Origin: a bacterium
GTDB taxonomy: Bacteria > Patescibacteriota > UBA1384 > CAILIB01
Direction: 5' to 3'
DNA length: 64,000 bases
Assembly (NCBI GenBank): GCA_037131105.1
Contig: JBAXRQ010000001.1
Location: 322,039 to 386,038, forward strand
Part shown: positions 46,698 to 55,076 of the stretch, one piece after another
Numbering within the stretch: position 1 is the first letter of the stretch
Layout: each line of letters starts with the position of its first letter
Translations under genes and position numbers: made by a program
Notes under the pieces: model-generated
Databases searched by the model: none
The model's input: only the letters and a program-made list of their open reading frames with translations
What the model was told of the DNA's origin: nothing

Positions 46698-47330
46698 ATG
46701 CCATACGATGTCGATAATGATCCCTATATCGACAAGACAACAGGCATTCTTCGTAATCTCTTGGGTATAAAGACCCAGATAGTATTGGACGATGCTGAAG
46801 CGCAAATTACTGCAATAGAAATTACTGCCCTCACGAGTGGGGAGGGCTACCCGTATGATGAACCTTCGGTAGACTCATTGAAGGACATTCATAAGCAGCT
46901 TTTCAGGTATATTTACGTATGGGCTGGGTCGGTGAGAACTGTAGAACTAAGTAAGGGCGACACAAGCTTTGCTCGAGCTGTACATATTGAAAAGGCTATG
47001 GATGGTATTTTTACAGAACTAGAAAAAGAGGGCTATCTTGCAGGACTTAGTACTAATCTATTTGTGGAAAGGCTTGCTCACTACTATGGAGAGTTGATTG
47101 CACTTCATCCTTTTCGTGAAGGTAATGGCAGGACTATCCGTACCTTTTTGGCTATCTTAGCTGATAATAATGGGTGGCATATTGCTTGGGATGAAATGAA
47201 TTCGGAAGAAAATATTTCCGCATGTATTGCGGCGTACAAAGGAGATGAGACCCCATTGCGTAATATGTTGGAGAAGATTATCGCCCCCGTTGATGTATTT
47301 TGGGGCCGTGATCCCTATGAATTCATTTAG
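46698..47330 (+). CDS. Fic family protein (AMPylation/NMPylation toxin)
   Basis: Canonical Fic motif HPFREGNGRTIR in ...LIALHPFREGNGRTIRTFLAILA... Confidence 0.85.
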   Translation: MPYDVDNDPYIDKTTGILRNLLGIKTQIVLDDAEAQITAIEITALTSGEGYPYDEPSVDSLKDIHKQLFRYIYVWAGSVRTVELSKGDTSFARAVHIEKAMDGIFTELEKEGYLAGLSTNLFVERLAHYYGELIALHPFREGNGRTIRTFLAILADNNGWHIAWDEMNSEENISACIAAYKGDETPLRNMLEKIIAPVDVFWGRDPYEFI

Positions 47331-47394
47331 CCAATGCGGCTCATTTCCCCCAGCACAGCATTAGTCGGCGTATGTGCTACTCGATCTTTGTATC

Positions 47395-47570
47395 CCGGCA
47401 GGGGGAACATCACAAACAGATTGTGAAGGAAATGGATGAGTATCCCTAGATAGATGTCCCGGCTGAGCCACCTGATAAGGTCGAACACCGGTCCCGCCCG
47501 AAACCCCCCATAGACACTGGTATTCCAGGTTCGTCGCCAGCGGCCTATCAGAGGGTCTACATGTGAGCTT
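47395..47570 (-). pseudogene. remnant of the 3' half of a CPBP (CAAX/Abi) intramembrane-protease gene (decayed copy of the gene at 52432-52947)
   Basis: ~175 bp with ~85-90% identity to 52507-52672 (e.g. atgagtatccctagatagatgtccc[g/c]gctgagccacctgataagg[t/c]cgaacaccggtcccgcccgaaaccc). No intact ORF. Confidence 0.6.
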
Positions 47571-47751
47571 GGAAGTTCTCACACTGGAACAAGAAGAACC
47601 GCACCCAGGAAATGGACATAGCCCGGCGCTACCTGGCCGACACCAAGGATTACCTGTAATGCCAGAACCTGATATATCTAGCTTCTAGAGCATATTTCTG
47701 ATATAGAAAGAACACGGGTATCATATATACCTGTATTTCTAGGAGGTTTGA

Positions 47752-48699
47752 ATGAGGAGATCAGTTGGTAGAGGCGCCCTAATTATGGCGCTCGTACTCT
47801 GTACGGCTGTGGCTCAGGCCCAGACGGTCCCGCCGGAAACGCTGTTTCTGGGAAGGGCGAATGACTTGGGGAATACCACCTATGTGGACAATATCTCCCA
47901 GGGTCGGGATGACAATCCGGCCCGACTGTTTGATCGCGGGCGCCAGGCCGGCATCAAGGGTGGACGTATCGCCGACCGGGTGCTTCCCGACCTGCAGATG
48001 CTCTATGCCCAGGGCACCAGCCCCGTGTCGAAGCGCTGGATGGTTCAGCTGGCGGGTACTCGCCTGACCGGAAGCGGACCCTTCGGTCCCGGCACCCTTT
48101 CCTACCGGGACAAGGATGCCGGACTGCAGGTAGCCTACCGGGCAGGGAACCGACTTGATTTCGGCGTGGGAGTGGCAGATATCGAGACCGTCTCTCAGAT
48201 CAAAGTCGGCGGCATCGGCGGCTTTACCCTTACTAGCCAGCCACGCGGGCTAGGCGGACGGGTGGGAGCGCGCTACCGGCTCTCTCCCCGGATTGAGCTG
48301 GAGGGTACCTATGACCACTACGGCGATGCGGAAAGGACGGTGCCGCTGGGGGCCTTTGCTCCGCTTGGTGAGAGTACGGCGGTCTTCACCACCCAGAAGA
48401 TGGTGGTCGGCGGCAGTTACCGCGCCAAGGGCATCGAGGCAGCCATGTTCTATACCAAGCTGGACATAGATCAGCGGGGAGGCCCCTTCTCGCTGGGAAA
48501 GAACTTCCTTAATGGTGGCGTCAAGGCCACCCATGGACCATTCTACCTGGCGGCCGGGATGTATGACGGCTACGGAAGTGTGGGAGCTGGCATGGCACGG
48601 GGAAAGACCAGTCTTACCGTGGCGGCTAGCAACCGTAACAAGGCCTTCTCGCCCACTGCGAAGACGGCCTATTACGCCGAAGCAGTGAGAGGGTTCTAA
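47752..48699 (+). CDS. outer-membrane β-barrel protein (signal peptide; C-terminal ...YYAEAVRGF)
   Basis: Cleavable signal ALIMALVLCTAVAQAQT. Alternating hydrophobic β-strand pattern. Terminal Phe with an aromatic at -3, the classic OMP C-terminal signature. AGGAGG RBS. Confidence 0.55.
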   Translation: MRRSVGRGALIMALVLCTAVAQAQTVPPETLFLGRANDLGNTTYVDNISQGRDDNPARLFDRGRQAGIKGGRIADRVLPDLQMLYAQGTSPVSKRWMVQLAGTRLTGSGPFGPGTLSYRDKDAGLQVAYRAGNRLDFGVGVADIETVSQIKVGGIGGFTLTSQPRGLGGRVGARYRLSPRIELEGTYDHYGDAERTVPLGAFAPLGESTAVFTTQKMVVGGSYRAKGIEAAMFYTKLDIDQRGGPFSLGKNFLNGGVKATHGPFYLAAGMYDGYGSVGAGMARGKTSLTVAASNRNKAFSPTAKTAYYAEAVRGF

Positions 48700-48726
48700 A
48701 GGAAACCTTGCAATTTGTCTATTTGA

Positions 48727-48760
48727 CAAGGACCGCACTCTCGCGAGAGTGCGGTCCTTG
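48727..48760. terminator. bidirectional terminator: perfect palindrome caaggaccgcactctcgcgagagtgcggtccttg
   Basis: 15-bp stem between the convergent OMP and histidine-kinase genes. Confidence 0.65.
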
Positions 48761-48802
48761 TCGTGATGTCCCTGTCCAACTGGTAGATGGTTCAGAGACT
48801 AG

Positions 48803-50854
48803 TTATGGTTCTTCCAGAATAGGGATTTCGATCACTACTGCCGTTAGGTAGGGGGCGGGCAGTAGGATGGGCACCTTATTCGGGAATGTGCAGTAGGGCG
48901 GCGAGGTGCGGGTTCCATCACGGAACCCGATGATCCCGATGGTGCCGTAGTGCGCGCGGACATTCTTATCGACGAGAGACTGTCCGAGACCGGTGCCTGG
49001 CTTGCCATCGTCGATATCCTCCTGATTTCTCCTGTAGTCCATGCCGAACATTCCGCTGGCAAAGTCCTCCACCATACCGCGGCGCTCTTCAGATCCACCC
49101 CGTGCCCTGCCTTCGTCCATCACCATGATGCTAAACGTTTTCTCATCAGAGGATAACGAGAGAAGGAGGTTTCCGTCACTGTATTTGCCGCCATTTGACA
49201 GGAGGTTCATCAGGACGGCATGGATCCGTATGGCCTCGATTGCCACTGATGCGGTAGGATCTGGGCAGTCAATGAGGATCTGCCTCGGCCAGGGCCTCAG
49301 GCACCCGCTGGTAGAGAAGAGCTTGGCGGTTCCCCGTTGGATCTTGTCTATGAGCAGAGAAATGGGAACGCCGGACCTTTGCACTTGCAGGGGCTTGTCA
49401 GTAGAGCTTTCAGACTCCAGCTTCAATACGGCAAGCTGGTCGCACATATCCTGGGCCACCCCATGGGCATCCTTCAGAAACTCGAGGGCATCCTCGGGCA
49501 ACCCATTCCCGTAAAGATCTATGACCGTTTGAATGTACAGCATGATTACGCCGGCGGGATTAACCAGGTCATGGTTTATCTCCTTCATCAAACGGTCCTT
49601 CATGTCGATAAGCTCATCCCGAACTTTGACCTGAAGTTCGGCTTTCTCACGATCGAGCTCCGCTCGCTGCCGTTTGAGCTGCTCCTCTCGGTGCTTAATG
49701 TTTGAATCGGTGGCCATAGTGAGCTGGAGTCGGAAGATGAGTTCCGTTTCCTTTTCCCGGTTTGACCATCCCTCCATCCCCGCGATAAGCACTCGCCATA
49801 TTCGTGAGTACAGGGCGATCTCCGTGTAGTCGAACCTGCTGACATGGTAGGGGCCATCGAAAATCTGATCCCTCCAAATGATGGGTCGTTCAGCTGGAAA
49901 GTCGGCGGTCACCTTGAGGGCTACCCATCCTTGATTTGACCCATTGACGTCACGAGGTGTGAGGTAAAAGGGCGTCGCGCCGAAAAACTCGCGGGCTTCT
50001 AGCATGACTGGTGCCCGGTGGTGGTATCGCGCCTCAAGTAGACATACCTCGGCTATCTTCTGCCCTTTGCAGACTACGCTGCCGTCATCCAGTACTTCTG
50101 CCTCGTGCCCGTGGTGGGCAAGAAACTCAAGTAGCTGCCATTGGAAGACCAGGTCGGTGACCTTGGCCATATTCCGCTTGTAAAGCTTGGCGATTATGGC
50201 GAAGTGGCCGTTGGTATAGGCAATGGAAAACCAGTCGTCGATGCTGTCGATCCAAGGTAGGTACTTATGGATGAGATAGCATGAGTTCTTATGGCGGCGC
50301 AGGTACCAGCCCTCCTTGGTCCGGTTGAATCCGGGGATAAGGCTGACGCCCAGCTCCATAGCGGCGTTGATCGGCCCCTTTATGAGGGAGGCGGTGAAAA
50401 ACTGGCCGCCCTTTACCCAGCTGACCCAGGAATTCATGGCGCCGAAGCTGGGGGTCTCGGGAGCGGCCGCACCGAGTCGGAAGCAGATCTCATTAATGTC
50501 GACCTTAAGCCTCGCTGCGATGTTACGTGCTACCTGCTTGAAGTCATTCAGGGGCACCCAATGGTCGGGTTCTTCCTCTATCTCATCAAGGGTCACCTCA
50601 AGTCCGTCCACAAGCTGCGGGATATCGCCTTCGGTGTGGGTCTCATTGACGTACCCCCGTAGCAAGTTCAATATATTTCTGCAGCTTACGTTCCAGTCGG
50701 CATCGCTATCCTCCTTGAACTCACTAACGAATTCGTTTATGAGCCGGTTTCGTGCCAGCAGTATCTGGACAGGGTTTGTTACGTCCTGCATGTCGGCTCC
50801 GAAGGCGTCCAGCCTTCGCAGCCATTCTTCGTACAGTTCATGTCTCGTTTTCAA
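48803..50854 (-). CDS. cytoplasmic histidine-kinase-like protein: ~400-aa uncharacterised N-terminal domain + coiled coil + HisKA/HATPase_c
   Basis: H-box ...KEINHDLVNPAGV..., N-box LMNLLSNGGKYSDG, G2 box GTGLGQSLV. No TM segments. No response regulator nearby. Confidence 0.65.
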   Translation of the reverse strand: MKTRHELYEEWLRRLDAFGADMQDVTNPVQILLARNRLINEFVSEFKEDSDADWNVSCRNILNLLRGYVNETHTEGDIPQLVDGLEVTLDEIEEEPDHWVPLNDFKQVARNIAARLKVDINEICFRLGAAAPETPSFGAMNSWVSWVKGGQFFTASLIKGPINAAMELGVSLIPGFNRTKEGWYLRRHKNSCYLIHKYLPWIDSIDDWFSIAYTNGHFAIIAKLYKRNMAKVTDLVFQWQLLEFLAHHGHEAEVLDDGSVVCKGQKIAEVCLLEARYHHRAPVMLEAREFFGATPFYLTPRDVNGSNQGWVALKVTADFPAERPIIWRDQIFDGPYHVSRFDYTEIALYSRIWRVLIAGMEGWSNREKETELIFRLQLTMATDSNIKHREEQLKRQRAELDREKAELQVKVRDELIDMKDRLMKEINHDLVNPAGVIMLYIQTVIDLYGNGLPEDALEFLKDAHGVAQDMCDQLAVLKLESESSTDKPLQVQRSGVPISLLIDKIQRGTAKLFSTSGCLRPWPRQILIDCPDPTASVAIEAIRIHAVLMNLLSNGGKYSDGNLLLSLSSDEKTFSIMVMDEGRARGGSEERRGMVEDFASGMFGMDYRRNQEDIDDGKPGTGLGQSLVDKNVRAHYGTIGIIGFRDGTRTSPPYCTFPNKVPILLPAPYLTAVVIEIPILEEP

Positions 50855-50911
50855 TGTGCCTCCCCCCTTTTCCTCTAGGTTATACCAGATAAGAGAGGAT
50901 CTGGATAGTTC

Positions 50912-52381
50912 CTAGCGCTCCTTTTCGTGGGAGAAGGCAAGAAGGGGGATCTCGTGCCGTTTGGCTATCTTCTTGAGTTCTGGCTTGGGATTTACGGCGT
51001 AGGGGTATTTCACCTTTGTGAGGAGCACGGCGTCACCGAAACTGTCACCGTAGGCGAATGAGTCCTCCAGGGAGGTGTCGTTCAGGTCGAGGTACTCCTG
51101 GGCATAATGGAGCTTTCCCTTGCGATAGGCGATGGGCCCTTCGATGTGGCCGGTGAGCATGCCGTCCTTTTTCTCAGTGCGTGTGCCGTAGGCGGCGTCC
51201 ACGTCGAAGTACTTGGCCCAGGGACCAAGAAATACGTCGAAGATCTCACTTACCAGTACCACCCGGTGGCCATGCTGCTGATGTGACCTGATGATGTCAG
51301 CCGCTTCCTGGTAGATCCGGGGGACGATACGCTCCTCAAACACCGTCTGGGCGATGAGGGCCATCTCGGTGGCATTGCGATCCTTGAGAAGTCCGGCGAT
51401 ACGGGGGATGATCTCGAGGTGGTTCAGGGTCCCTTTCTTTTCCTGGCGGTACCAGGAGAGTACCGAGGGTACCAGGTGGAGTGGGAGTAGTCCCTTGCGG
51501 AAGAGGTGCTTCACGATAACCACCTCGGTGTAGCCGGGAAAGAGGGTCCTGTCGATGTCAAAGAAGGCGGTTATGACTTTGGCTTGCGGCGGCCTGTAGA
51601 CGGTTGCCTCGCTAGTTCTCATTGAAATGGGGAGGTGATGGGCTATCAGATTCTCCAGCTGACGCGTCTTCTGGGTGATAATGTCCACAGTCAGGTCGAT
51701 GCCCTCCTCGGACGGCAAGCGGTAGGGCTTGTAGAGCGTGATAGTGATATGGGCAGGCGTAAATATCTTCTTCTTGCTATCGAACAGCTTGCTGCTGCCT
51801 TCAATGGTGGCCGGTACGATAGGGGCGCCGGTATTCATAGCCAGCCGGATGGCTCCCCAATGGAAGGGAAGGATCTTAGGATGGCGCTCCACGTGTCCCT
51901 CAGGAAAGATGAGGACGTTCTTGCCAGCCCACAACGCCTCGGACAGCAGGGTGTACACCTCTTCCCGCCGGTGGGCCTGCTTGTACATGGCCTGCTCCTC
52001 AAAGCTGCGAGATACGTCAATGCAGCCGCACTTCTTGAGCCAGAAAGAGAACAGTCCTGGGAAATAGGGGAAGGGCGCCGTCAGGGCGACCAGCGGCAGG
52101 GCGTGGATGAAGTTGAAGAATATGCCGTCGAAGAACCCCTGGTGGTTGCAGGCGAAGATGACCGGCTCGTCCGGGATATGCTCGGTGCCTTTTATCGTCA
52201 GTTTTATGCCGAGGAGTACCTGGATCAGGTGGAGGACGAATTTCCCGACCCGGTACCACTGCCCCTCTTTGTTTTTGCTCAGGAAGGCTAGGCACCATCC
52301 GATCGGTAGAAAAGACAACAGCACAATTCCTATGATCAAAAGGGCATAGACGGTGTAGCACAGCTGGATAATTCTCTTCAT
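50912..52381 (-). CDS. fusion protein: 1-acyl-sn-glycerol-3-phosphate acyltransferase (PlsC/LPLAT) domain + HAD-superfamily (subfamily IB-like) phosphatase domain
   Basis: N-terminal TM; acyltransferase motifs NHQGFFD (HxxxxD) and IFPEG. Then the HAD motif I FFDIDRTL, with downstream ...LVSEIFDVFL... and a C-terminal GDSFGD (motif IV). Internal ATG at 52381 (MKRIIQL...). Confidence 0.7.
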   Translation of the reverse strand: MKRIIQLCYTVYALLIIGIVLLSFLPIGWCLAFLSKNKEGQWYRVGKFVLHLIQVLLGIKLTIKGTEHIPDEPVIFACNHQGFFDGIFFNFIHALPLVALTAPFPYFPGLFSFWLKKCGCIDVSRSFEEQAMYKQAHRREEVYTLLSEALWAGKNVLIFPEGHVERHPKILPFHWGAIRLAMNTGAPIVPATIEGSSKLFDSKKKIFTPAHITITLYKPYRLPSEEGIDLTVDIITQKTRQLENLIAHHLPISMRTSEATVYRPPQAKVITAFFDIDRTLFPGYTEVVIVKHLFRKGLLPLHLVPSVLSWYRQEKKGTLNHLEIIPRIAGLLKDRNATEMALIAQTVFEERIVPRIYQEAADIIRSHQQHGHRVVLVSEIFDVFLGPWAKYFDVDAAYGTRTEKKDGMLTGHIEGPIAYRKGKLHYAQEYLDLNDTSLEDSFAYGDSFGDAVLLTKVKYPYAVNPKPELKKIAKRHEIPLLAFSHEKER

Positions 52382-52431
52382 GCACCCATTATATAGTAGT
52401 ATGCCGCAAGAGGAAAAAGAGAAGGGCTGCC

Positions 52432-52947
52432 TTACCTCTCCGACTGCTTTTCGCGTAGCTCGGCATTGGTGGGCGTGTGGGCCATCCGGTCCTTGAAACC
52501 AGGTAGTGGGAACATGACAAAAAGATTGTGTAAGAAGTGAATGAGTATCCCTAGATAGATGTCCCCGCTGAGCCACCTGATAAGGCCGAACACCGGTCCC
52601 GCCCGAAACCCGGCATAGGTACTGGTCTTCCAGGCACGCCTCCAGCCCGCCCACCAGAGGGTCTGCATGTGAGCAAGGCCGAAGATAAGAGATGACCCTA
52701 TCAGGGCGTAGAGCTGGCTGTGCCAGAGGTAGATGATCACTCCGTACAGTAGTCCACGAAAAATGAGCTCCTCACCGAAGGCCGCTTTGAGCGACGAGTT
52801 GTAGAAGATGGTGATGCCGCGAATCCAGGCCAGTGGTAAAAAAAGCAGCCAGATCCCCAGTACCGCTAGCGGGTAATATAAGGAAAAGGGATGGGCGGGA
52901 TTGAGGCCGAGATCGGTGAGAAGGATGGTGACAGTGATGGCAGGGAG
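52432..52947 (-). pseudogene. CPBP-family (CAAX protease / Abi) intramembrane metalloprotease. Motif 1 (EELIFRG) lies upstream of the first ATG/GTG/TTG, and the frame is closed by an in-frame TAA 172 codons before the stop; probably disrupted or started non-canonically
   Basis: In-frame translation upstream of the track ORF gives LPAITVTILLTDLGLNPAHPFSLYYPLAVLGIWLLFLPLAWIRGITIFYNSSLKAAFGEELIFRGLLYGVIIYLW..., followed by FGLAH (motif 2) and HFLHN (motif 3). TAA at 52948-52950. A 25-aa in-frame ORF lies just upstream of the TAA. Confidence 0.55.
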
Positions 52948-53148
52948 TTATTCCTTGTCTTCAGTATAGCGAAATGTGAGCCTGACTGGGTCACCCATAA
53001 TGACAACGTCCGATCCTATTTTCATCTCACGTAAAAAAAGAGTAGTGCATCTCAGATGCAGGAGATAGTCGAGAGGCGTGGTTGAGGCTCTCTAATCAAA
53101 GAAGCCACCGTGCGGAGCAGGGCGGCTTCTGTGGTGCGGTAGGTTGTC

Positions 53149-53430
53149 CTAATAGTGATGCTGGTCTCTGATAGAGGCCATCATGCGGGCGAGGAGGACA
53201 ACATCGATGTTCGTGTCGCCCCGGGTTTTGGCGTACTCGTTGGTCAGGACGGCCCAAAGGTCATCACCTGTATCGGAAGCGTCTTCGCCGGGGAAGATAA
53301 CTTCCATCATGAGATCAAGAGCGGCGGATTCCTCCATACCCTTGATAGGTTCCTGCTCAAGAACTGCCTCGAGCACTCTCTGAACTAGGATATTTCCTGC
53401 GGAAAGCGACTGTACTGTTTTCGGCATCAT
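53149..53430 (-). CDS. hypothetical protein (93 aa)
   Basis: ORF with a downstream hairpin (gaagccacc...gcggcttc). No motif. Confidence 0.35.
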   Translation of the reverse strand: MMPKTVQSLSAGNILVQRVLEAVLEQEPIKGMEESAALDLMMEVIFPGEDASDTGDDLWAVLTNEYAKTRGDTNIDVVLLARMMASIRDQHHY

Positions 53431-53492
53431 ATCTCCTTGTCTGTCGTGGATTGGGCAATACTACTACCCTGACCTGGAAATGTCAATGTGGC

Positions 53493-54206
53493 CTAGACCT
53501 TCATCTTCCTACAAAGAGGATAGACGAAGACGGTAAGTATAACCGCAAAGAAGACGGCGAAGCCGCACATGATGGACGGAATGCCGGCCTGCACCTGGGG
53601 TGAGACCAGGTAGATGGCTCCGGTGGGGATCAGGAATGTGCCGATGCCGGCTAGTAGCCAGTACAATGCGCTTCTGGCATTCTGGGTTTTTTTCTCCCCA
53701 AAGGACCCAACAGAAAATGACAATATTTCAGCTAAGGCTAAGGCCAGGGTGACCGCATAATACAAAGGGAAATAGGTATCGGCTATGACGCCGCGGGTAT
53801 TGATGAGGACATAGTTACCGCCGCAGATCGCGGTGTTGATGGACTGGGTGCTGAAGAGGAAGTAGCCGATGATGACGACTGCAAGAACATACCCCGTATA
53901 GCGGGCCCAGGGCCGCTTGGTGATGATACTAATTAGGTGTAGGTTAAGTGCCGGCAGGAGCGTGATGGCGGCGTAGCCAAGCTTCATCCAGGGAACGGTG
54001 TGGGCGCCGGCGCAAACCTGGTATTCGGCCAGCTGGAAGATGCCCAGACAGATAAGTAGAGAGATGATAAGGGTGGTGGCCGGCCGCAGCTTGGAAGTGA
54101 CCAGGATGTAGGTGGCAAAGCCAAATTCAAGGACCAGGGTCGCCAGCATGACCGGCGGACTGAAGCACATGAAGGTGGAGGAGTCGGACTTTGGAAGGAA
54201 TCGCAT
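53493..54206 (-). CDS. hypothetical polytopic membrane protein (~7 TM)
   Basis: Seven hydrophobic helices throughout; no motif recognised. Confidence 0.55.
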   Translation of the reverse strand: MRFLPKSDSSTFMCFSPPVMLATLVLEFGFATYILVTSKLRPATTLIISLLICLGIFQLAEYQVCAGAHTVPWMKLGYAAITLLPALNLHLISIITKRPWARYTGYVLAVVIIGYFLFSTQSINTAICGGNYVLINTRGVIADTYFPLYYAVTLALALAEILSFSVGSFGEKKTQNARSALYWLLAGIGTFLIPTGAIYLVSPQVQAGIPSIMCGFAVFFAVILTVFVYPLCRKMKV

Positions 54207-54282
54207 GGCTCTAGTATATCGTGAGATATGACGGGATTCCTAGTATCTGTTAGAGTATATGCATAAAAGGCACTAATCCTGT

Positions 54283-54663
54283 GTGGCCATGAAGCAGTCC
54301 ATCAATACCGATGCCGCCCCCAAGGCCCCGGCCTTTCTCTCCCAGGCCATAGTCAGCAATGGGCTTATCTTTGTGTCTGGCCAGATCCACAGTACCCCTG
54401 ACGGGGCTGTGATGACCGGGACAGTAGAAGAGAAGTTGGCCCAGATTATGGGAAATATCAAAGCCATCCTTCGTGCCGCTGATGCCACCTTGGATGATGT
54501 GGTGAAGGCCACGATCTATGTGACAGACATGGCCCAGATGCCTGAGCTTAACAAGGCATATCCTACCTATTTCAGTGAGCCGTATCCTGCCCGCGAGGCA
54601 GTCTGCGTAAAGGAGCTGCCGCTGGGTGCGACCATTGAAATAAGTGTGATCGCCGCAAAATAA
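54283..54663 (+). CDS. ridA: RidA/YjgF-family reactive-intermediate deaminase
   Basis: ...APAFLSQAIVSNGLIFVSGQI... and the C-terminal ...PAREAVCVKELPLGATIEISVIAA, typical of RidA (YjgF/L-PSP). Confidence 0.85.
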   Translation: MAMKQSINTDAAPKAPAFLSQAIVSNGLIFVSGQIHSTPDGAVMTGTVEEKLAQIMGNIKAILRAADATLDDVVKATIYVTDMAQMPELNKAYPTYFSEPYPAREAVCVKELPLGATIEISVIAAK

Positions 54664-54667
54664 TACC

Positions 54668-54994
54668 GTGAGTAAGACCCTGAAATTCAAGCCGCATTTG
54701 GCTGAGCAGATACGCCAGGGAACCAAGGTCTCCACTTGGAGGTTGTTTGATGATAAGGACCTTCAGGACGGCGACGTGGTTGGGCTCATTGAGAATGGCA
54801 TCGAAGCGCCTTTCGCCACGGCGCGAATAACCAAGACTGCGGAAAAGACCCTGGGATCTCTACAGGAAGAGGACTGGGTGGGGCATGAGCGCTTTGCCAG
54901 CGACGAGGAAATGTACGCTACTTTCAGAAAGTACTATGGCCCGGAAGTCGGACCTGAGACGGTAGTGAAGATTATCTGGTTCAGCACTGTGTAG
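54668..54994 (+). CDS. ASCH-domain (PUA-like) protein
   Basis: MSKTLKFKPHLAEQIRQGTKVSTWRLFDDKDLQDGDVVGL matches ASCH-domain N-termini; 4-nt gap after ridA. Confidence 0.65.
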   Translation: MSKTLKFKPHLAEQIRQGTKVSTWRLFDDKDLQDGDVVGLIENGIEAPFATARITKTAEKTLGSLQEEDWVGHERFASDEEMYATFRKYYGPEVGPETVVKIIWFSTV

Positions 54995-55010
54995 GGTCCC
55001 AAGAATGAAG

Positions 55011-55048
55011 AATAGCGCGTTACCCACTAGGGGGAGCGCGCTATTTTC
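55011..55048. terminator. bidirectional terminator aatagcgcg-ttacccactagggggag-cgcgctatttt
   Basis: 9-bp perfect stem between convergent genes. Confidence 0.6.
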
Positions 55049-55076
55049 AGTAATACGACGAGTCTTGGCCGTGGAT

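Noticed and set aside
51635-52291. 218-aa + strand ORF inside the PlsC-HAD gene
   Set aside because: Antisense to a CDS with clear acyltransferase and HAD motifs.
52382-52654. 91-codon N-terminal extension of the PlsC-HAD ORF (MGGLEACLEDQYLCRVSGGTGVRPYQ...)
   Set aside because: It is the out-of-frame read of the CPBP gene 3' end, and a nearly identical out-of-frame read appears at 47361..47582. The real start is the ATG at 52381 followed by a TM helix typical of PlsC.
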